A DNA stretch of 64,000 nt from an uncultured Candidatus Saccharibacteria bacterium (GTDB lineage Bacteria; Patescibacteriota; CALEFQ01). Numbering within the stretch: the stretch's first letter is position 1; each line of letters opens with the position of its first letter. The notes under the pieces were generated by a model. The model saw only the letters and a program-made list of their open reading frames with translations, had not been told where the DNA came from and ran no database searches. The stretch is taken from NCBI GenBank assembly GCA_965230955.1, contig OZ246404.1:1060024-1124023 (forward strand), in the 5' to 3' direction. Below, piece by piece: positions 56,149 to 64,000 of the stretch. A program made the position numbers and the translations under genes.

Positions 56149-57615
56149 ATGAAAAAAATTATTACCAAGCTAATTGTTGTTTTTCTGGGCGTGACTATGT
56201 TTTTTCCCTTGATCAGTCAGGGGCAAGGTTTTAATAAGAATAATGTTATTTCCGATGAGTTTCTGGCGACCAGTGATAAAATGAGCGGATCAGAAGTGCA
56301 GAATTTTTTGGAAACTCAGCGTGGGCGCCTGGCCAGTTACCGCACGCGGGATATTAATGGCGTGGAAAAAAGCGCCGCCGAAATTATTTACGAGGCGGCG
56401 GCTCAATTTAAAGTTAATCAGCGTTTCCTTTTGGCTTTGTTGGAAAAAGAGCAAGGTTTACTCTCTAATCCGAATCCTTCGGCCAAGGCTTTGGACTGGG
56501 CGACCGGTTTTGGACCGCTGGCCTCGGCCAAGTATCGAGGATTTGGCGCCCAGGTTTACTACGCGGCCAAAGCGATGGGGCGTGATTATGATCTTTATTC
56601 TGATTATTATCGCGGTTTCCCGGTGGGGAGAGAAACTATTACAGAGGACGGAGAAAGAGTGCGCCCAGAGAACAACGCCACTCGTAAATGCTATATCTAT
56701 AATCCCCTGGTCGGCGGACCGGACAAAAATTGGGGTGCCAATTGGCTGTTATGGCAATTAATTAATGTAAAATTTGCATCAGCGTTTGCGCGGTACACCG
56801 GCACGGGAATTGACGACAGAAACTTTATGGCGGCTGATTTCGCCGCCGGCAAGTACTTCTACCGCGAAGGAACGGCGGTAAAGGTGGCGGGCGGACGAGC
56901 GACTTACGTGATCGAAAACGGCCGCCGCTATCACTTCACCGGTCCCAATGCCCTGCGACTGCGCTACAATCCGAAGGAAGTGGTCACTATATCATTGGAA
57001 GAATTTTCTTCATATCCCGAAGGTGGCGCCATGGGACTACCTGACGGTATCGCTGTTCAGCGTCAAAAGGGAGGCGCGGTCTATATTGTGGCGGATGGTG
57101 AGTTGCATGGCGTGCCCGATGCCCAAGTCTTGAGCCAATTGGGATACCACCCTTCCCAAGTGGTCAAAGTGACCGACGCGGAAATAAACAGTCAGCCCAA
57201 AGGAGAATCAATTTCTTCGACGAATCTGTCTCGTCCCAATAACCAATTGGTTAAAATCGCCGGGCAAAACTCTCTGTATGTCTATAAACAAAACAAGCTT
57301 TATCCGCTTTGGGACGGCAAGGTCAAAGAAGTCAATTTCCCCCACCACCCAGTAATTTTGATCAGCCAAGCCGAAGCCGATAATTACCAAATTGTGCGCC
57401 AGCGCCCGGTGTTATTCCGGGACGGGACTCTCTTGATGGCCACCGATGGATCGCGCGCCAAAGCTGTCTTTGTGATATCGGAGGGCGATCGCTATATCTT
57501 CAATTCCCGCGAGGCGCTGGAAGACAACGGCTATCAAATGAAAAATGTGATCAAAGTATCAAACAAAATATTACAGATGCATCGGGAGGGGCAACGCCGG
57601 GTAGAGGCGGAATAG
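56149..57615 (+). CDS. Secreted protein: lysozyme-like N-terminal domain plus repeated beta modules
   Basis: Signal peptide, SAAEIIY...LLALLEKEQGL, repeats (E/D)GT.V...VY.I..G. Confidence 0.75.
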   Translation: MKKIITKLIVVFLGVTMFFPLISQGQGFNKNNVISDEFLATSDKMSGSEVQNFLETQRGRLASYRTRDINGVEKSAAEIIYEAAAQFKVNQRFLLALLEKEQGLLSNPNPSAKALDWATGFGPLASAKYRGFGAQVYYAAKAMGRDYDLYSDYYRGFPVGRETITEDGERVRPENNATRKCYIYNPLVGGPDKNWGANWLLWQLINVKFASAFARYTGTGIDDRNFMAADFAAGKYFYREGTAVKVAGGRATYVIENGRRYHFTGPNALRLRYNPKEVVTISLEEFSSYPEGGAMGLPDGIAVQRQKGGAVYIVADGELHGVPDAQVLSQLGYHPSQVVKVTDAEINSQPKGESISSTNLSRPNNQLVKIAGQNSLYVYKQNKLYPLWDGKVKEVNFPHHPVILISQAEADNYQIVRQRPVLFRDGTLLMATDGSRAKAVFVISEGDRYIFNSREALEDNGYQMKNVIKVSNKILQMHREGQRRVEAE

Positions 57616-57634
57616 TAGATTAGATGATCAATTG

Positions 57635-57673
57635 AAAAGGTGCGGCCTGCCGATTCGGTAGGCCGCACCTTTT
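57635..57673. terminator. Intrinsic terminator
   Basis: aaaaggtgcggcctgccgattcggtaggccgcacctttt. Confidence 0.85.
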
Positions 57674-57726
57674 GTAATTCACTTGACTGATTTTAACTAG
57701 TTGCTAGAATACAAAGAAGTAAAAAT

Positions 57727-57897
57727 GCTGCTGAAGGGTAATTCCTCCGGAGGGGAAGATGCCGGGTAATGGGAAACATGCAGGCAAGGTGGAAATAGAG
57801 AGAGGGGCCACTTTTTCTGGATCTGCCGCGCTAGCCGTCCGCTAATCGGCGAGAATCCTATATTAAAGCGGCTTGGTGTCTTCTACCATTCAGTGGC
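57727..57897 (+). ncRNA. Stand-alone structured RNA (~170 nt), 6S-like candidate
   Basis: TTGACT-16-TAGAAT promoter at 57683-57710; two long closing stems with G-U pairs; terminator 57907-57971; no credible ORF. Confidence 0.6.
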
Positions 57898-58048
57898 GAC
57901 CATTTTGGCCAGCCAGTTGGCGATTCTAGTCGAAAGACTTCAATCAACGACTGGCTTGGCCTCTTTTTTTTATTTTAAACAAAATCCCCCAGAATCAGTC
58001 CGGGGGATTTTATTTCCTGTTTTCACAGGCTGGTATGGGAGAGATTGA

Positions 58049-59446
58049 TTATAGTTTACCTTCGTCCCAGGCTTTGCCGACAACTTTCTTTCGTTCTTCG
58101 GCCAGCTTGTCCAGTTCCGGTGCCAGAGAAGTAATAGTGATTTCCCCGCCTTCGTAACTGGCTTTGACGTTTTCGCCGGCTTTGCGTCCGTCGGCGACAG
58201 CTTTTCGAAGATTTTCCGGGTGATCAATGACGCCGCAAGGTCGGAAAAGATCATTGATACCTTCGATCGATTTTCGGTAGGATTTGAAGAATTCCGATTT
58301 CAAAGCTTCGCGGATGGTAGTCTCGTTGATATTATGGACATGGAATTGAGCGAAGACACAAGGTTCGATGGCGCCATTACCGCTAATGTGAAGATAAGCG
58401 CGGCCGGCAGCCAGGCAGCCTTCGGTCAAAATCCCGTCGCCCCAGAAATCAGCCATCAAAAATGGTCTATCGCTCTCGCGCATAGTACGAACGCGATTGC
58501 GGACGTAATTGCGCTGTTCCGGAGTGACCATCAGAGATGTGTCGGGTTTCTTTCCTACCGGCATATATTGGAAATACCAGGCAAAACCGGCGCCTTTGGC
58601 CATCCAGTAATCGATAAATTCATCGGTGGTGACTAGTTTGGCATTGTTTCGAGTGACTGTGACGGAGATCGCAACCGGTACGCCGTATTTGCGAAGGTAA
58701 CTCATGGCGCGTACGATTCGATCGTAAGTGCCTTCACCTCGGCGGGCATCGGTTTCTTTTTGGTAGCCCTCGACGCTGATGCACGGGGTGACATTACCGA
58801 CTTTTTCCAATTGCTTGGCCGTTTCTTCATCGATCAAAGTCCCGTTGGTATAGGTGATGAAGTACATGTCGTTGTGTTCTTTGAAGAGGCGGAGCAAATC
58901 AGCTTTGCGGACATAGGGCTCGCCGCCGGTAATGACGATAAAGTAATTGCCGAAACTTTTCATTTCTTTGCAAACGCGATCCATAACTTCATAGGATAAA
59001 TCGCCGGTCTTTTTCTTGTTGTATTCGAAGGCATAGCAACCGGTACAGGTCAGATTGCAGCGCATGGTCGGACTCATGACACAGAGTGCCGGAGGAGCAA
59101 ATCCTTCTCGTTCTTTGAATTCAGCGCGTAAAACACCGCCCTTAAAAATGGCGTTATTGGCCAGGTTATTTACCAGTTTAAATCGACAATTTGGTGACAG
59201 TTTTTTTGACCAAGCCAAGAAAACGTCGGTCATTTTTAGGGCAAATCCCTTTTGAAACCGCAGTTTGCGCGGATCGAGCTTTTTGGGATTTTCATCAAAG
59301 GATTTTATGATTTTCTTCCGGAAACCTTTGACGATTAAATCCAAGCCGGCGCGAGGAATGCGGGGCAAGGCCCAGGAGCCGGTTTTCGCGGCCAGGTGTT
59401 TTAATTTTTTAGTCAGTTTCGGACCGGATTTACTGGTGGTTGCCAT
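58049..59446 (-). CDS. Radical SAM protein with C-terminal SPASM/twitch-like domain
   Basis: CNLTCTGC, ITGGEP, YTNGTL, GCLAAG...G.IEPC.F. Confidence 0.92.
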   Translation of the reverse strand: MATTSKSGPKLTKKLKHLAAKTGSWALPRIPRAGLDLIVKGFRKKIIKSFDENPKKLDPRKLRFQKGFALKMTDVFLAWSKKLSPNCRFKLVNNLANNAIFKGGVLRAEFKEREGFAPPALCVMSPTMRCNLTCTGCYAFEYNKKKTGDLSYEVMDRVCKEMKSFGNYFIVITGGEPYVRKADLLRLFKEHNDMYFITYTNGTLIDEETAKQLEKVGNVTPCISVEGYQKETDARRGEGTYDRIVRAMSYLRKYGVPVAISVTVTRNNAKLVTTDEFIDYWMAKGAGFAWYFQYMPVGKKPDTSLMVTPEQRNYVRNRVRTMRESDRPFLMADFWGDGILTEGCLAAGRAYLHISGNGAIEPCVFAQFHVHNINETTIREALKSEFFKSYRKSIEGINDLFRPCGVIDHPENLRKAVADGRKAGENVKASYEGGEITITSLAPELDKLAEERKKVVGKAWDEGKL

Positions 59447-59787
59447 ATTTTTTCGTTGACCCGCCGAACAGAAAGCCGAAGGGTCTTTAAGGTTAATTAA
59501 TAAACAAACGCAAGTTTGATTATACTAAATGGGAGTTAATTGTCAATTGACGGCTGTTTATCGATCAAAATTAGGGACGGGATTTTTATTTTTGGGCCTT
59601 TTCGGTATCCGCTTCCCCACTTTTTGGCAAAAACGGCAATTCGGACTGTTTTTATCTTGTTAGTCCAATTTAGCAGTTAATGATGCCCGTGAGAAGTGGA
59701 TAAGTGAATCAAAAAAGTAGAAATAAAGGCCAGATTAATAAAAAAGCCTGTGAGGATTTCACAGGCTTCGCGACATCGATTGTTGTT

Positions 59788-60264
59788 TTAGCGGCGTTTC
59801 TTTCCTTGTCCCGGAGCACCACCAGGGAACATGCAGATTTTCCTACCGGGGAGTCTTGAATGATGCTGGATGTATCCTTCATAATGATCGGGATTTTTCT
59901 GAAATTCCGCCAGGCGAAAAACTAGGTGCTGGCGACAGGCTTCTTCGGGGTCGGTACCGCAGGAAATTTCACGACGGATTTCTTCCAGTTGGGTTAGGAT
60001 ACCAGTAGAGAAGGAAACTGTTGATATTTTGTACCGATCGCAGTAGATACGTTGTTCCGGATCGACAGCCATGGCATGCTCGGAAATTTCCTGACCTGGC
60101 CAGATCATCAGCCGGATGAGAACATTTAATTTGCCTATCTGGCAAAATAACTGGACTCCGTGTTCCCCATTCCGAAATTTGACATCGGTAACCTGGTTTT
60201 GGACAGCCTGTGTCCATTGCCATTCAAACCATTCCATAAACTTTATTATCTGATTATCATCCAT
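59788..60264 (-). CDS. Hypothetical protein
   Basis: AAGGAGGT SD, TTGACA...TATAAT-type promoter, terminator at 59740-59768. Confidence 0.7.
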   Translation of the reverse strand: MDDNQIIKFMEWFEWQWTQAVQNQVTDVKFRNGEHGVQLFCQIGKLNVLIRLMIWPGQEISEHAMAVDPEQRIYCDRYKISTVSFSTGILTQLEEIRREISCGTDPEEACRQHLVFRLAEFQKNPDHYEGYIQHHSRLPGRKICMFPGGAPGQGKKRR

Positions 60265-60374
60265 AGGTATTTATACCTCCTTAGTGCGGGATTATATTAT
60301 TTATTGGTAAATGTCAATAATATCAAATGCAGTGATTGACCGACCATCAGTGTACCGCTACAATAGCCTTGCTT

Positions 60375-60459
60375 GGGAACGTGGCGGAACTGGTATACGC
60401 GCATGGCTTAGGACCATGTCCCGTAAGGGGTGAGGGTTCGACTCCCTCCGTTCCCACCA
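60375..60459 (+). tRNA. tRNA-Leu (TAG)
   Basis: Acceptor GGGAACG/CGTTCCC, anticodon arm CATGG-CTTAGGA-CCATG, long variable arm, GGTTCGACTCC, encoded CCA. Confidence 0.97.
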
Positions 60460-60834
60460 AGTGATCCTTATTTATTTGTCGCTGGCCGGTTGATGACAAG
60501 ACTCATGTTTTAAGGGCCCAGGATAAAAAAGTATGGATTTTTTGTTTTATTTAAGGCAAAAATAGATAGATAAAATACTTGACAAAAGATAGCGTATATG
60601 ATACAGTGTGGGGTCTGAAAGTAGGCTACTAAGCCTATTTCCAGCGTTCTTTAAGAAAGCGGTAAGAATGCCAATTGCTTGGTTTTCAAGTAATTTGGTT
60701 TTTTCTACCTCATCTTGGCTAGAATCCTCCTTGGTAATTCCCTACAGAGTGATTTTGTCTCTAAATATTTTGGAGGCAGGATCACTTTGTAGGGTTGATT
60801 GGAATGTAACAGTTTTACCGTAGGAGGTAATGAA

Positions 60835-62235
60835 ATGAACTCAATATTTTGGTTTGGTTTGTTCGGTCTCGGTTTGGTTGGTGTGGTGTTTGCTTTGATT
60901 TTCGGGTGGAAGAAGTATCGGGAAAGCTATCCGAAAACGGTACGGTCTCTCGCTGATCTTCCGCGCGACATCGACGACCTTGATGCGGAAGCAGAAGCGC
61001 CGGTTGTTGTCCCGGCTGAAGAAGAACCTCTAATCGAGAACCAGAGAAAAGTTCTCTGGAAGTTCAATCTTGTTGGGTTCTCTGCCTGGAATTACCCCGC
61101 CTGGCTGAAGAAGCCGTGGCTGTGGGCAATCATTGCCGCGCCGGTTCTCCATCTTGTTTTCTCGACTTGGCTGAAACTCGTGCCGGCTATCTTGATCTGG
61201 GTTATCGCGTTGGCGGTAATCTTCTCAAAGCCTGTGGTGAACAAGTTCAAATTGATGGATCTTTTTCATCAGGCCATGGCCGACTTCCACAACCCCAAAA
61301 AGGGTTTTGTCTGGTCTTTGGCTTACTGGGGCGGCTGGGCGGCGGTTTGGTTCGGTTGGCTACTCGTTCCGGTTCTGGTTCTCCTTCTCTCCTGGGTGCT
61401 GGTCGAGGTTCCAATCCTTAATCGGATTTTGGAACAGGCGGCTAACTCGCCATTGGTGGTCATAATGGTCTCAATGGTGGCGCAAGGATTGGTGCTGGCG
61501 CTGTACAGCTGGAAACTCTTTCCTGAGGGTGTCCTGGTTCGGGAAATCGTCTTGAAAAAGACATCTCGGACGCTGGCCGGTGGTAAGTATCGTTTTTATC
61601 ATCCGTTGGCGACACTCCGAGGCTACTTCAGCGGTGAACACACAGTTGACGATGAGCGCACCGACGCTATCGTGCGTGACTCCACGAACTTTGATTGGAT
61701 CGCCGACATGGCAATCGTAATCAAGTTTCAGGATGTTACCAAGCTGGCTGGCGGTGAGTTCGAGAGAGATCTCGATAGTCTGAAGTTATCTAATCCGGAT
61801 GATCTTACCACCTTCGATCCGGCCAAACTGGAAGCTTCGCAGATCCTTAAAAGGGCTTACGTCCTGGTTCAGAACGGGGCCCAGATTGGAGCAAAAAAAC
61901 TCACACCAGACGAGATTCAGGAACCAGATGGAAAAACAAAGATTGCCAAAGCGGTCAATGAAGCGATCGCCAAAGACATCTACCAGAAAGACAGCGCAGA
62001 TAACGTGTTACCAGATGAGCAACAGCCATTCATAATTGTTGCCCAGACGAACCAGATCACGGCAACCACTCGGACGGCTCAGTCCTTAGGACTGATTGCA
62101 GAAGTGCAGACACTCAAAGACAAACAGATGCTGGACGATGAAGGTGCGAGGGAGTATCTCCTGCGCAAAGCAACTGGTGGAAAAGGTGGCGGAAGCATGA
62201 TTATCGAAAACCGGAAGGGGGGTAATCGCAACTAG
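60835..62235 (+). CDS. Multi-TM membrane protein with a divergent SPFH-like C-terminal domain
   Basis: AGGAGG SD; after the last TM, E...K.SRTL..G...F.HP pattern reminiscent of band-7. Confidence 0.7.
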   Translation: MNSIFWFGLFGLGLVGVVFALIFGWKKYRESYPKTVRSLADLPRDIDDLDAEAEAPVVVPAEEEPLIENQRKVLWKFNLVGFSAWNYPAWLKKPWLWAIIAAPVLHLVFSTWLKLVPAILIWVIALAVIFSKPVVNKFKLMDLFHQAMADFHNPKKGFVWSLAYWGGWAAVWFGWLLVPVLVLLLSWVLVEVPILNRILEQAANSPLVVIMVSMVAQGLVLALYSWKLFPEGVLVREIVLKKTSRTLAGGKYRFYHPLATLRGYFSGEHTVDDERTDAIVRDSTNFDWIADMAIVIKFQDVTKLAGGEFERDLDSLKLSNPDDLTTFDPAKLEASQILKRAYVLVQNGAQIGAKKLTPDEIQEPDGKTKIAKAVNEAIAKDIYQKDSADNVLPDEQQPFIIVAQTNQITATTRTAQSLGLIAEVQTLKDKQMLDDEGAREYLLRKATGGKGGGSMIIENRKGGNRN

Positions 62236-62379
62236 CCAAGATGAATTCGCGGGGGCGGCCATGGAACAGCAATGTTTCTAAGCCGCCCCTAATCTTTTTA
62301 GAAGGCAAATATGTATTCACTCTGGTGGATATTAATGTGTCTTTTAAAAACTTATCAATCAAGAAGAGGGGGAAATATC

Positions 62380-63537
62380 ATGAGACGGATGCAAACGTTT
62401 GGCGGAATGGATTGGTTGGTCTGGTCGGTCAAGATGATCCTAAGCGTCTTAATTGACGCGATAGATATCATCGTGCGACTGGGACTGGTCACGCTTAGCT
62501 GGGGGCTGTCATTGGCGATCCCTGATCCGGTCAACTTTATCCTGAATATCCTTCAGGTACTGTTGGCCTCGGCCATCTGGGGAAAAGCGGATGCGGCTCT
62601 GCAACTCGGGGAAACGCTGCTGGAATTCGTTCCGGTGGCCGGCAAAGTGATTGATTTCACCCCTGTTCTCACGATCGGTGGAATCATGTATCTGCTGGGT
62701 GAAGTAGACCCGAGCCAAATCCCTGCCCGGCACAAGAAGAGCCGAGGGGAATTGGTTCAGCTGTGGGTGATCTTGTTGGTCTGTGGTGGTATGGGCTTAG
62801 TGCTGTGGCACTTCCATATTGCCAGCTGGTCCACCGCGGTCATCATTGGTTTGGTTCTCTGGACGATTACCTGGGGGATATTCCAAGTTGACTGGGCCAG
62901 AGTCACTCGTCCGGCGCAAAGAGTGTTGACAGTGATCTCCGGGATAGTAATCGGCATTTCCCTACTGCCAGTAGGATATTATGCCGTTATGAACCCGGAA
63001 AACTTACGGTCCACCGCTTGGCAGCAGATGACCGATAAAGGATTGGCCGAGTACTTCCCGGGCATTGAGGAACGGGCGAAAGAATGGGAAGTAAAAGCCA
63101 ATGGGGTTTCCGAAGCGGCCAAAGAAATCGGAGCCAATCGACTACGAGACTCGATGAATGAAATTTGGTCTCTGATATTGGACACTGAAGTCAAGCGACG
63201 AGAGGAAAATCCGAAGGGCGAAGAGACCAAGATAGCGGCCGAGATCCAAGAGCTTCGCGATCAGGGTTTGGATGTCAGATCAGCTCTCGATATCGAGAGA
63301 TATCGTGGCCCTGTCACTCTGAAGGTGGCCAACCAGATTCGGAGGCAACGAGCAATGGGCTTTCTGGCAATCGGTGGTGGCTTACTGATAATCATGCTTC
63401 TGATACTACTCTGGCCAGCTATCACACAGGTCCCACTGAAACCAGATTCTCGTCTTGGATCAGGATCAAGAACTCTTCCGGAAATGAAGCCGACTGTACT
63501 GGTGGAAAATACTCCTCCGAAACAGATCGACTCATAG
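62380..63537 (+). CDS. Hypothetical multi-TM membrane protein
   Basis: GAGGGG SD, several hydrophobic helices, terminator at 63556-63587. Confidence 0.7.
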   Translation: MRRMQTFGGMDWLVWSVKMILSVLIDAIDIIVRLGLVTLSWGLSLAIPDPVNFILNILQVLLASAIWGKADAALQLGETLLEFVPVAGKVIDFTPVLTIGGIMYLLGEVDPSQIPARHKKSRGELVQLWVILLVCGGMGLVLWHFHIASWSTAVIIGLVLWTITWGIFQVDWARVTRPAQRVLTVISGIVIGISLLPVGYYAVMNPENLRSTAWQQMTDKGLAEYFPGIEERAKEWEVKANGVSEAAKEIGANRLRDSMNEIWSLILDTEVKRREENPKGEETKIAAEIQELRDQGLDVRSALDIERYRGPVTLKVANQIRRQRAMGFLAIGGGLLIIMLLILLWPAITQVPLKPDSRLGSGSRTLPEMKPTVLVENTPPKQIDS

Positions 63538-63627
63538 CGATTTCAGAAGACACTAAAACCCTCAAGCGAAAGCTAGAGGGTTTTTTCATGGCTTGAAGAT
63601 TAATTGTGGGTGAATTTTAAATAACGA

Positions 63628-63659
63628 AAATGGCGAGGGAATTAATTCCCTCGCCATTT
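63628..63659. terminator. Perfect palindrome / terminator
   Basis: aaatggcgagggaattaattccctcgccattt. Confidence 0.65.
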
Positions 63660-63754
63660 AAATCGGTGTAAGAAAAAATTTTGCCAAAGAAAAACCCCCA
63701 GCGCTATCGAGGATATTATCCAAGATTTTGCTGGGGGCTGCGTTCATGAACCTG

Positions 63755-64000
63755 CTATTTCGTTTTCATCCGGACAGACGACGGAACTGCGGGATCGGCT
63801 CCGATACTGGTTTCCACCACGTCGCACCAGCCGTCATCATCAGTATCCGATAACTCGAATATGTTCACATCGAGCCAGTTTCTGACGATGGCCCGACCGA
63901 ATTTTCCTCGGTCGAGTTCCACCTTGTCGGTGGCAGTGGTCGTGGTCGACTGGGCGGCCATCATATCGAGTGCCGATGAAGTGATGGCGGGGATGATGAC
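63755..64000 (-). CDS. 3' end of a gene entering from the right edge; DTDDDG Ca-binding repeat
   Basis: Frame open to the window edge; SDTDDDGWCD..E...G.DP. Confidence 0.6.
   Translation of the reverse strand, partial: VIIPAITSSALDMMAAQSTTTTATDKVELDRGKFGRAIVRNWLDVNIFELSDTDDDGWCDVVETSIGADPAVPSSVRMKTK

Noticed and set aside
57727-57897. RNase P RNA, tmRNA or cobalamin riboswitch
   Set aside because: Short look-alikes are present (GAUGCCGGGUAA, GCAAGG..AAAUAG, GCCACU), but there is no P4 GAAAGUCC signature, no tRNA-like ends and no downstream sense gene, and it is too short for RNase P.
1073-63230. Many short ORFs antisense to or overlapping recognised genes (e.g. 20987-21634, 40118-40708, 48952-49503)
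   Set aside because: Shadow frames of well-supported genes, with no motifs or expression signals.
60460-64000. Prophage or integrative element at tRNA-Leu
   Set aside because: No integrase, phage gene or duplicated tRNA end is visible in this window; kept only as a possibility.

Overview
64 kb chromosomal window spanning the replication origin of a bacterium whose gene content and style point to Patescibacteria/CPR (inferred from a short YidC and Jag, SD-less core genes, sortase/DUF11, VanW and FG-GAP surface proteins). The centre holds the origin cluster: dciA-recF-dnaN-[oriC]-dnaA and rpmH-rnpA-yidD-yidC-jag. The left arm carries a CIRCE-controlled Clp ATPase, Hsp20, PrsW, a UbiA/7TM histidine kinase/CheY-like operon, an ECF sigma/anti-sigma pair, cell-wall enzymes, yebC-ruvC, two convergent ATP-grasp + DUF1704 (MATCAP-like) peptidase modules, tyrS and a PBP1A-DarA-LCP operon. 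The right arm carries a sortase with its probable substrate, a glycan cluster, a radical SAM gene, tRNA-Leu(TAG) and orphan membrane proteins. The best leads are: (1) an ATP-grasp/RimB-like/DUF1704 triple fusion with a second, unfused ligase+peptidase module; (2) two convergent structured ncRNA candidates with mutual complementarity at 16.7-17.0 kb; (3) a stand-alone ~170-nt structured RNA at 57.7 kb; (4) a dozen heptamer-periodic intergenic palindromes; (5) a prenyltransferase coupled to a sensor kinase; (6) aromatic-rich small ORFs followed by terminators; (7) an N-terminal-domain-only GreA homolog. All family calls come from motif recognition by eye; no searches were run.
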